64,000 nt of DNA, from assembly GCA_000995965.1 (NCBI GenBank), contig LBYD01000001.1:207265-271264 (forward strand), read 5' to 3'. This document shows, one piece after another, positions 37,028 through 44,956 of the stretch. How positions within the stretch are numbered: position 1 is the first letter of the stretch; every line of letters starts with the position of its first letter. Origin of the DNA: Candidatus Moranbacteria bacterium GW2011_GWC2_40_12. GTDB taxonomy: Bacteria; Patescibacteriota; Minisyncoccia; Moranbacterales; UBA11712. The notes under the pieces were generated by a model. The model had not been told where the DNA came from, made no database searches, and saw nothing but the letters and a program-made list of their open reading frames with translations. Position numbers and translations under genes: made by a program.

Positions 37028-37813
37028 TTATCTCGCGCTGTTCATGGCCGACACCCCTTCACCTACCGTAACAACCTCGAGATCCCCTTTCCGCACATAT
37101 TCGTCCACGTACTCCAAAATTTCATTGAGTTGCGCCGAGTTGAACTGCCCTTTCTTCGGCTTGCCGTTCACGACCCGGTGCGTGAGGAACACCAGCCATT
37201 TGTTTTCTTCCGCCGCGCGATCAATGTGGCTCTTGACATCCTCCAGCTTGATCGGCCTTTTGAGGTTTATTGCTTCAATGCCAAAAGTATCGAAATCTTC
37301 CCTGCTGTTCAGATGATCTTTTTTCGGCCAGGCCCATCTGACGGATGTGAAGCCGAATTCTTTCACGACAGCCAATAATTTTTTGTTCATTTTCCCGTAG
37401 GGAGGCGCGAAAGACTTGATCTTTTCCGTGTTTATTCCATTTTTGGCAAAAGCCGCCATCGAACGCCTGAAATCCTTTCGAATCTTCTTCTTGCTGAATT
37501 TCTTCAGGGTCAGATAGTCATGATTCGCCGTGTGATTTCCAATTTCCCACCCTTCGCGTTCAAGTGTCCGCAACTCCGACCAAGTCAGATGATTTCTGAT
37601 GTTCATCCAGTCGGTCGTGATATAGAGCGTCGCCCGATATCGAAAGCGGTCTATAATCGGATAAACAATGTCATATGTTGTGTCCTCTCCGTCGTCAATG
37701 GTGAAGCTGACCATTCCTTTCTGGGAGGCGACAGCCCTTTCCGGGTTTCCGAAAAAAACCGATCCCAAAATCAGCATGATTCCTACAAATAATACGTTTC
37801 TTGTCGCGTTCAT
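37028..37813 (-). CDS. Secreted NodB-type polysaccharide deacetylase
   Basis: Signal peptide, SFTIDDG, WEIGNHTANH, FAPPYG and FLTH. Confidence 0.9.
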   Translation of the reverse strand: MNATRNVLFVGIMLILGSVFFGNPERAVASQKGMVSFTIDDGEDTTYDIVYPIIDRFRYRATLYITTDWMNIRNHLTWSELRTLEREGWEIGNHTANHDYLTLKKFSKKKIRKDFRRSMAAFAKNGINTEKIKSFAPPYGKMNKKLLAVVKEFGFTSVRWAWPKKDHLNSREDFDTFGIEAINLKRPIKLEDVKSHIDRAAEENKWLVFLTHRVVNGKPKKGQFNSAQLNEILEYVDEYVRKGDLEVVTVGEGVSAMNSAR

Positions 37814-38169
37814 TATTCTTAAATTAATTTTTAGAATATATACGAAACTTATAATTTGACTTCTTCCCAAACTTCATCCGCTTTTTCAGCTTACTGATGA
37901 AATAAACGAACATAACAGCATAGCAAAACTTGAGTTTTTTGTCAAGACAAATGCTTTTTTTGCATAATCAGGCCCTTTTTTGTTTTATTGCTTTATATAA
38001 AGCAAATATATTCAAAGCCACGATTCCTCATTTTGCGGGACTATTTTTCTGATATTTCGTATTTCGAAAAAGTTTGGCAAAAAAAAGAGACCCCTGAGTC
38101 TCTTATCTATCCCCTTCCTCCTTTTTGGATAGAATTTATTTAGACTGGGGTCTCAAGGGCCGCAGGTGG

Positions 38170-38913
38170 CTAGTACCTGTCTCTGCCTTTTCCGCCGGGG
38201 GAGCATCCTCCGCCGCCGCCATGGCCACCATGGTCTTTGTGCCCTTTTTCGGGCCCTTTGTTGAATGTGACCCCGAAGTCCTTAACCACGGGGTTTGCCG
38301 AATTGTTGATTTCGGCATTGGATCTGGAATCACCTCCATACCCAGTTCCAGTTCCGGTGGCACTAACTGGGCCGCTGCCGGCGCCAGAAGCTGTGACCTG
38401 CGTAGTTTCGTTGAAGACATCAGGCCTCAACGCTCCGAAGGCCTTGAACCAGGAGAAGCCGTAGATAGCCGCTGACCCCCAATCCCGAACCAGTCGGATC
38501 ACCTCGGCCATAATCTTCGGCCCAGGCGCCGAAGTCTTGTGATCGAACTTGTGAAAAATTTCTACTACGTACTCGAACCTCACCTTGCCCGGAGCCCAAA
38601 TCAGGAACTGCTCCCAGCCCTGCTTTACTTGCTCAACTTGCTCGGGCAGGGGACATTTTCCTGTCTGATTATACCACTCGAGCTTGATGATTTTTTCCAC
38701 CTGTTCGGTGGAGGGCTTCAGCTGGATCAACGCCTGGAAGCCCTGGACAGCCCCATCATGCCAAGTAGGGCTATAGATGTGAATAGCCGACTTAACATAC
38801 ACTCCGGGAGCCAGGTCGATGGTCTCAATGGAAATGCCTTTTTCCTCCCCATAGGAAAACAAGGGGGTAAATAGGATCATAATCGCGCAAAGCAGAGAAA
38901 TCAAACTTTTCAT
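38170..38913 (-). CDS. Orphan secreted protein with Gly/Thr-rich tail
   Basis: GAGGTG SD, signal peptide and ATGA coupling to the upstream gene. Confidence 0.65.
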   Translation of the reverse strand: MKSLISLLCAIMILFTPLFSYGEEKGISIETIDLAPGVYVKSAIHIYSPTWHDGAVQGFQALIQLKPSTEQVEKIIKLEWYNQTGKCPLPEQVEQVKQGWEQFLIWAPGKVRFEYVVEIFHKFDHKTSAPGPKIMAEVIRLVRDWGSAAIYGFSWFKAFGALRPDVFNETTQVTASGAGSGPVSATGTGTGYGGDSRSNAEINNSANPVVKDFGVTFNKGPEKGHKDHGGHGGGGGCSPGGKGRDRY

Positions 38914-39995
38914 GATACACCTCTCTTTTCCACCTTAGTGGGGATAAATTCTTTCATGCCCTCGGGACAGGATCCCAAAGAGCCAAACACAGGGTGAACG
39001 AACATCCGCCCTGATTTGCTCCGGCCAAAAAACAAGATCTCTTGAACAGGTTTCTCCGCATACTCGATATTACCAGTGTGCGGGTCAACCCTGGTTAATT
39101 GCGTCCCCGTATCGACCCATTGGCCGCACGGAGATTTCTGCGGATATTGGTAGTATCCTCTTTCCACCTGATAGGCGGATTTAAACTCTCTGTCTGAGGC
39201 GTTTGCCGCCGGAGGCGCTGGAGTTGTCAAAGCTCTTGGCATAGCCCTAGGTTCAGGAAGCTTAGGCAGTTGTGGTAACGCCCGAGGCTCTGGCGGCATG
39301 GGTGGAGCCGGCGGGAAAGGAATGACCCTTGCCATATCTGGAGCCGGTGGCTTCGATGCCGCCGGCGGGATTTTGGGGAAAGTCGGGGTCTGCATAGACT
39401 TGTCAAACAGCTCATAATCATTTTGGAGTGAGACGCGTTTTTTGAAGCGTTTTTTGACTCGTTTTTTTAACTTTGTCGGTTTGGCCGGCTGGGTCGCTTG
39501 CGCGGGTGCCGGAGGCGGCGAAATTGCCGCGAGATTGGGTATGACCACGGGTTTGGTGTAATTCCACTCACCCGTAAAGATCCACCTGGCGCCTTGACCT
39601 AGTCTCGTCCAAAAAGATGGAGACTGAACCGGCTTGAAGGCCGTACCCGTCATGGGCGCTTTGGCCGCAGCTGAAATAATAATTTTGGTGGCTTTTTTGC
39701 TTTTGCTTGGCTGCTTTTTTGAAAGCTTTTTTTCCTTCGCCGAAGCGCTCGCTTTCGGCAAACGGACTTTTTTTGCCACAACGGCCTTTTTTGCCGGGGT
39801 GGCCCAGGTCAGGGAAACACCTTCTCCCTTTTTAACCCAACCGACGGAGTCAATTACCTGTCCGTCAGTACCGGTAGTCAGATAGGGTATACCCCCTATC
39901 ATGTGCTTCCGGACCTTGGCATCCGCGCTGTTCGCAAAAATGGAAATTATCGCGACAACTGCCAAAGCCAGCAAGAAAAATGACTTTCTGGCCAT
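38910..39995 (-). CDS. Orphan secreted Pro/Lys-rich protein
   Basis: GGAGG SD, signal peptide ending ANSADA and a long Pro-rich segment. Confidence 0.7.
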   Translation of the reverse strand: MARKSFFLLALAVVAIISIFANSADAKVRKHMIGGIPYLTTGTDGQVIDSVGWVKKGEGVSLTWATPAKKAVVAKKVRLPKASASAKEKKLSKKQPSKSKKATKIIISAAAKAPMTGTAFKPVQSPSFWTRLGQGARWIFTGEWNYTKPVVIPNLAAISPPPAPAQATQPAKPTKLKKRVKKRFKKRVSLQNDYELFDKSMQTPTFPKIPPAASKPPAPDMARVIPFPPAPPMPPEPRALPQLPKLPEPRAMPRALTTPAPPAANASDREFKSAYQVERGYYQYPQKSPCGQWVDTGTQLTRVDPHTGNIEYAEKPVQEILFFGRSKSGRMFVHPVFGSLGSCPEGMKEFIPTKVEKRGVS

Positions 39996-40423
39996 TTTTT
40001 TCCTCCGTATTTTTTATCTTTCCTTAGCAAAGCGAAGCATTTTTTTTCCAGTTCTGCCGGGGATAGACTTCATCAACACTGGCGCCTCTGCCGATGCTTT
40101 TGCTTTGCTCTATAGATTATTTGAGGCGAACACCTTGCGGCGCGCCATGTTTTCTCTTGACTCAATTGTCAAGGAGCTTTCCCCTGTTTCCAAGGGTTGG
40201 TTTTTCCAAAGCAGTTTTGAAAAAATCAACTTTCGGCAACAAATTCGATAGGGGAAATCAATATTTCAGGTTGTTTCCCGTGAGATATCGTCAAGATTAT
40301 TTGCTTTATAAATGCAATAATTTTGGCTATCTTCTTCTATATTTTTGAATTAAAATATTAACAGGTTAGTATACACCTATAATAATACTTTGTCAAGTGC
40401 AGTTGAGGTAGGGCCTTTCGAGG

Positions 40424-41794
40424 CTAAAAAATCATATCGCTTGTCAATTTTCCGCCTGTTTCGCCGCTCGTTCCATCTGCTCTGCGGACTTTGGCAGAAA
40501 AATCAACTTCGCCCGATCCGGATTGCTTCTGGACAAGCAGTTTGTAGTCTTCACGTGAGATATCTTCAGGAAGATTATATTTCAAAGTAATCGTTTTCGT
40601 CCCGCCCACCGGAACGAACACCTTCATTCCGAAAACCTTTTTCCCGAATTCCTGGGAAAAAACAACATCACCCTCCGGCCCGGATGATTCCTCAAGAAAA
40701 GAATTTTTGGGGACATAGACGCGGAGCCAGTCGCGATAGTCAGCCGTCATCCAATCTTTGGACCGGCATGTATGTTCATAGGTTATATTGAGTACCGCCT
40801 GGGGATTTTCACCTCCCATATCAGCGCTATAATCAATTTTTCGCCGCATGCAAATATCGCTTTTGAGCGCATTCATGTTCGCGTCAACGACCATAAGATA
40901 ATCTCCGTCAAATTCCTTCACTCTTCCGCCCCAGTTCATTTCATCAATTTCTTTCTGCAGCTGTTCGTCTTTGAAAAAAAACTGGATATCTTTTCTTTTG
41001 AGATGGCTTTCCATTCTTTTTCCAAGTTCCAGATTCTCGGAAATCGAAAATTTGTGGACTTTTTCAATGAGAACATCAGCCAGCTCGCCAAGTATGTTTT
41101 TTCGCTCTCCTTTGGCAATTCCCTGTTCCAAGAATCCCTTTTCCACCTGATATTCAAGCTGAAGAATAGCCGTCTGGTCGCTATATTGCCCCGGATAATC
41201 GTTGATTTTCACCGGCCCGGTGATCGCCAGAATGGAATTCAAAATATCAGTATTCACCGCGATAACGCCGTCAAAATTTTCCCCTCCCTCGCCGAACTTA
41301 TAGAAATACTCCGCTTTTTCGGCGTTCACTTTGAAATCCGGCGACCAGTTCGAATCGCGCATTTTCCAGGCTTTGATGCCGAGTATATCAGAAAAAGGAA
41401 CCGGCGGAGTTTCTGTCAACGGAATGCGCTGGTCAAAAATTCCTGTATCGTGAACGTCAAGGCCGGAAATTTTGCCATTTTTTGTTTTCACGATTCCGAA
41501 AGAGCCTATGAAACCGCCTCCCGGGCGAAGTTCCATGTCATTTTGAAAAAGGACGAGAAAAGTTTTCTCGCCGGAAAATCCTCCCATTTTATCGTATATA
41601 TTCGCCAAAACCGCAAGTTCATTTTTCCGTTCGGGTCCAACAGGCAAAATATTCGTGAGGGGTTTCAGGTTTTCGATGTTCCGGTTTTGGATTTGGAGAA
41701 AAATATACCAGCCAAAAAGCGCCAGCGCGGCCACGAGCCAGAAAATAATCCAGAATTTCCAGGTATATTTTCGACGAATTTTCGGATGATTCAT
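40424..41794 (-). CDS. DUF4012 domain-containing membrane protein
   Basis: LVLFQNDMELRPGGGFIGSFG, RDSNWSPDF, DANMNALKSD and QKQSG. Confidence 0.88.
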   Translation of the reverse strand: MNHPKIRRKYTWKFWIIFWLVAALALFGWYIFLQIQNRNIENLKPLTNILPVGPERKNELAVLANIYDKMGGFSGEKTFLVLFQNDMELRPGGGFIGSFGIVKTKNGKISGLDVHDTGIFDQRIPLTETPPVPFSDILGIKAWKMRDSNWSPDFKVNAEKAEYFYKFGEGGENFDGVIAVNTDILNSILAITGPVKINDYPGQYSDQTAILQLEYQVEKGFLEQGIAKGERKNILGELADVLIEKVHKFSISENLELGKRMESHLKRKDIQFFFKDEQLQKEIDEMNWGGRVKEFDGDYLMVVDANMNALKSDICMRRKIDYSADMGGENPQAVLNITYEHTCRSKDWMTADYRDWLRVYVPKNSFLEESSGPEGDVVFSQEFGKKVFGMKVFVPVGGTKTITLKYNLPEDISREDYKLLVQKQSGSGEVDFSAKVRRADGTSGETGGKLTSDMIF

Positions 41795-41880
41795 AACAGC
41801 TTAATTTAGCAGATTCAAGGCGCTTGTCAACTTTTTGGGGATAGATTATAATTATGTCACGCTCAAATAATTTTAAGCTT

Positions 41881-42279
41881 ATGGACACTCAAAAGCTTCT
41901 AGAAGCAATAAAAAAAGAAAATAGAAAAACGAAAGATGAAACAGTGAAAGAGCTGAAAGGATATGTCGGAGAAGAAATCGATAAACTGGCCACAATGACC
42001 CAAAAAGGATTTCTGGAAGTGGGTGGAAGAATGGATAAACTCGATGGCAGAATGGATGGGTTGGATGGCAGAATGGATGGGCTGGAGGGTGGCATGGGAG
42101 AATTGAAAGTCGGAATGAAAAACCTGCACAAACGAATGAATGTTTTGGAGGATAATCAGGAAGAAATCAAAACAAAGCTTGACGGCCTCGCTTATCGCTT
42201 TGAATTGGAAGAATTGAGAGTCCAGCACTCGAGGCGCTTGCGGGCTTTGGAGCTTAAAGTTGGCATCAAGCCGGCATAA
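41881..42279 (+). CDS. Coiled-coil protein with heptad repeats
   Basis: MDKLDGR-MDGLDGR-MDGLEGG-MGELKVG; a TTGTCA-17-TATAAT promoter at 41824-41852 favours ATG 41881. Confidence 0.75.
   Translation: MDTQKLLEAIKKENRKTKDETVKELKGYVGEEIDKLATMTQKGFLEVGGRMDKLDGRMDGLDGRMDGLEGGMGELKVGMKNLHKRMNVLEDNQEEIKTKLDGLAYRFELEELRVQHSRRLRALELKVGIKPA
42028..42090 (+). repeat. 21-nt in-frame tandem repeat (3 copies)
   Basis: AGAATGGATAAACTCGATGGC / AGAATGGATGGGTTGGATGGC / AGAATGGATGGGCTGGAGGGT. Confidence 0.8.
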
Positions 42280-42355
42280 AAGATAAACACAATACTCAAT
42301 ACTAAATATACTGTACTAAAAATGGCTTTCTTAAGCCTTTTTTGTTTATTTCGAC

Positions 42356-42384
42356 TTGACAAAGACGTACCAGCCTGCTATGCT
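42356..42384 (+). promoter_or_regulatory. Sigma70 promoter of unit 1
   Basis: TTGACA-17 nt-TATGCT preceded by the TGn extended -10. Confidence 0.75.
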
Positions 42385-42452
42385 AGACACACAAAATCGC
42401 AATGTGCGATAGGAAAAGTATTATTACCAACCAAAAGAGAAGGAGATTCGCC

Positions 42453-42539
42453 ATGCCCGACGTTTTTTTGAGTACCTGCGGCCAGTGCCACTTTTTCGAA
42501 TGCAACGCCAATATCGGCGCCCAGGGCCCCATCACCTGA
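42453..42539 (+). CDS. Putative 28-aa Cys-rich small protein MPDVFLSTCGQCHFFECNANIGAQGPIT
   Basis: AAGGAGA SD before the ATG; CxxC-x4-C motif. Confidence 0.35.
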   Translation: MPDVFLSTCGQCHFFECNANIGAQGPIT

Positions 42540-42972
42540 CCCAGGTGAGCCCCCGGCGCGGGCTGGCGGCCTTTCCGCCGGCCCTGCCATCGTGAAAGGA
42601 GAGTTTATTAACCCCGGCCATTGCGGCCGCCTGACCGGCCCGCCGCTAAAGCGGTGGTTTCGGAGGTGCCCCATGACCATCACCCGGTGCCACAGGACAG
42701 AGGTTCCTGGCTAGGCGCAGACAATCTTCGGCAGCGGCCCGCGTGAGGCGGCTGACGAGATTGCGTGTAGTGCCCCGCGGGGTGACTAAAAGACCGGCGG
42801 CTCAATCCCACTCTGGGAATAGGCCTGGCGGCAGCTGGTGTCGGTGCCGATCCACGGAGATCTGGCGCCCGCGGCCCAAAGAACGCCAGCAGAGCCCTCC
42901 CACATTCCGGCCCATCAGCCTGACCTTTCCGCGGAAGGCCGGGCCAACGTCCTCGCGGGTTGTGTAGCAAAA

Positions 42973-43029
42973 GCGGTGCGGCTGCTGGGAGACACTCCAA
43001 CCCCTCCCGGCGCCGCGCCGCCCTTTTTT
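42973..43029 (+). terminator. Long intrinsic terminator of unit 1
   Basis: GCGGTGCGGC-T-GCTGGGAG...CTCCCGGC-GCCGCGCCGC followed by CCTTTTTT. Confidence 0.7.
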
Positions 43030-43113
43030 ACGAAAAGTGATTTTGTTCTTTTTTTATCGCCTCTCCGGATAACGAGGCAAATTATCAATCATTTAGGAGC
43101 TTCCAGTATCACC

Positions 43114-43145
43114 CCAGCAGAACCGGATTTCTGCTGGTTTTTTTT
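43114..43145 (+). terminator. Intrinsic terminator
   Basis: CCAGCAGAA-CCGGAT-TTCTGCTGG followed by a T8 tract. Confidence 0.7.
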
Positions 43146-43195
43146 GAAAATTAATCTTTTAAAATTTTTCTTGCTTCATTTTTCCACCTTCTTTG

Positions 43196-43223
43196 TTGAC
43201 AAGAGCCAAAAAACTGCTAAAAT
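43196..43223 (+). promoter_or_regulatory. Sigma70 promoter of unit 2
   Basis: TTGACA-16 nt-TAAAAT with TGn extended -10. Confidence 0.75.
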
Positions 43224-43227
43224 CAGA

Positions 43228-43514
43228 ACTACCAGAGAACTCCCTTTCTTTGGTGGTGCTTGCGGAGCGCGGATATTGGAGCTGGAAGTCAACCTCCCCG
43301 TTAAGCGACAACTAGAATCTCTCTTGTCCGCGACTCCGCCTTATTTCAAAAGTTTCAGTTCTTTATTAGAACCGAGAAAATTCTCGGCAAAAAATTCTCA
43401 ATCGGATAATATTATCCAGGGCTGGCGTTCGTTCAGTTTCAATTTCTAGAATCAAATCTAGCAATTATAAAACGGCCGCCAGCCTCCCCTTCCTTACAAT
43501 CTGTAAGGTTTTTT
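43228..43514 (+). ncRNA. Candidate structured RNA, unit 2 (~285 nt)
   Basis: Helices 43228/43257, 43262/43339, 43372/43387 and 43420/43484; ends in CCTTACA-ATC-TGTAAGG-TTTTTT. Confidence 0.5.
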
Positions 43515-43533
43515 ATTTCTCGAAAATTTTCTT

Positions 43534-43562
43534 TTGCGGTTTTTTTGTTGCCGTGGTAGATT
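43534..43562 (+). promoter_or_regulatory. Probable sigma70 promoter of unit 3
   Basis: TTGCGG-17 nt-TAGATT with TGn extended -10. Confidence 0.5.
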
Positions 43563-43568
43563 ATGAAC

Positions 43569-44212
43569 ATCAGTGTTTGAGGGAGGTGATGATGAGGAAC
43601 GCTTTGGTAAGGAAAGGCTTCGTCTAACGACGAGCAACACGAAACTTCACCCAGCCGCCGCTGGAAGAATCGTGGATATCATTCAAGAATTCAACGACTT
43701 ACTCCGGCGGCGCAAACTTTTTCAGTTCTTGAGAAATATACGGGCTTTGCCGGGGAAAACAAGGTTGATACCCATACTCCTTTCAAGTTTTCGGTGCTTC
43801 TTCCTTTTTTCCGGCAGCCCGCCAGCTCTTCGTGAGGAGCCTCCAGGCGATCCGCGGCATACCCCTTCCGCGGAAAAACCCGGGCCTGATCCACACCCGC
43901 CAACGCTTCAAAGCTGGTTCCCCCCGGCAAAGGCGGTGAGAGGCTCTTCACGAACCCTTTCAAAAAGTTTGCAGATCCCTGGCGTTTTTTGCTCCCGGGG
44001 GAGAAAAATCGGTCGAGCGAAAAACGCCAAAACCACTAAAGGGCCCCGCAACTCGGGGAAGAGGTGACCAATGGACTTCCCGGCAATTTTTGCGGAAGAA
44101 CTAAGGAGGACGCCTATGAGGAAAAGCACAACTGAGATAACTGGCGCGTTAATCTTCAAAAAATATAACTGAAACAAAAGCACCCCGGGGCTCATGCCAC
44201 GGGGTAATTTTT
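43569..44212 (+). ncRNA. Candidate large structured RNA, unit 3 (~640 nt)
   Basis: 15-bp helix 43829/43954 nested in an 11-bp helix 43712/43972; 14-bp hairpin 43981/44028; terminator-like hairpin 44182-44212; two SD-led mini-ORFs. Confidence 0.5.
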
Positions 44213-44235
44213 ATCCTAAGATCCGATCTTGGGAT
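44213..44235. repeat. REP-like palindrome downstream of the transposase
   Basis: ATCCTAAGATC-C-GATCTTGGGAT, identical to 44929-44951. Confidence 0.9.
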
Positions 44236-44242
44236 AGAGATC

Positions 44243-44917
44243 TTAGGATAGATTTTCAAGAATTAGCTTTTCGTCTTCCTTTTTTAACTTCGCCGCCTCA
44301 ACATTCTCTTTTGCAAAATTTTCATATTCTTTATTGTTTTTAAATTGGCTCCAAATCACTTCTCCGTTACATATATCGCTTTTACTCTTTCTTAAGAAGT
44401 TCGACAGACTGCTCCAGGGGTATTTTTTCGCGTCCGAAATATTGTGCACTTCGGCGTTGCAATTTACGTAGGCAGAAAGATAAAGAAGATGATGAGTCGA
44501 TTTGATGAGGCTAGACTTGCACTTCCCCTGAAACAAGACTCCACTGCGATTATATTTTTTGTTGAAATACATTGTGAATCCTATCCCTACTCTTTGCATA
44601 AATCTTTCAATACCATTTTTTGCAAGTTGTTCCAGGACAAAGTGATAATGATTCGGAAGCAGAGAAAAACAAACAATTTTAACCAGCGGATTTCTTTTCC
44701 TAAGATCCGATCTTAGGAAGGTTTCTACTGTCGCTTTTGGATAGGTTTTTTTGTGATCGCGCCAGCGTATCATGAGACCGTCTTGCTCGTCGTTCATAAG
44801 GCGCATTGAAAGCAAAAAGCGACGATAATCAAAATCATCTAGAAATATTTTTCTTTTATCGATTCCTCTATTGAAAATGTGGTAGTATTGATCTTTAATA
44901 AATTGCACTTTTCGCAT
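44243..44917 (-). mobile_element. IS200-like HUH (Y1) transposase, REP-associated (RAYT-like)
   Basis: YYHIFNRG, LLPNHYH (HUH), YFNKKYNRSGVLFQG, SAYVNCN (catalytic Tyr) and YPWSS; flanked by identical palindromes. Confidence 0.9.
44697..44719. repeat. REP-like palindrome inside the transposase CDS
   Basis: TTCCTAAGATC-C-GATCTTAGGAA, read as FLRSDLRK. Confidence 0.9.
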
Positions 44918-44928
44918 AGATTTATTTT

Positions 44929-44951
44929 ATCCTAAGATCCGATCTTGGGAT
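44929..44951. repeat. REP-like palindrome upstream of the transposase
   Basis: ATCCTAAGATC-C-GATCTTGGGAT. Confidence 0.9.
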
Positions 44952-44956
44952 GGCAA

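Larger units (their letters stand above)
42391..43029 (+). ncRNA. Candidate large structured RNA, unit 1 (~640 nt, GC-rich)
   Basis: Bounded by a promoter and a terminator; many helices with plus-strand G-U pairs; only tiny ORFs; family not recognised. Confidence 0.55.

Noticed and set aside
42378..44195. ORF-track proteins of 74-203 aa across the RNA cluster
   Set aside because: They lack an SD or motifs, several are Pro/Arg/Gly-rich as expected from GC-rich hairpins, and some cross the predicted terminators and promoters.
42391..44212. tmRNA, RNase P RNA, group I or II intron, or hammerhead identity for the units
   Set aside because: I found no tRNA-like ends, no GAGGAAAGUC P4 signature, no group II domain V, no downstream partner for GACTA as P7, and no GAAA completing the CTGACGA core. 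This was judged by eye, so an Infernal scan is still needed.
44213..44951. CRISPR array from the repeated 23-nt palindromes
   Set aside because: There are only three copies, hundreds of nt apart and one inside a CDS, with no spacers and no cas genes.
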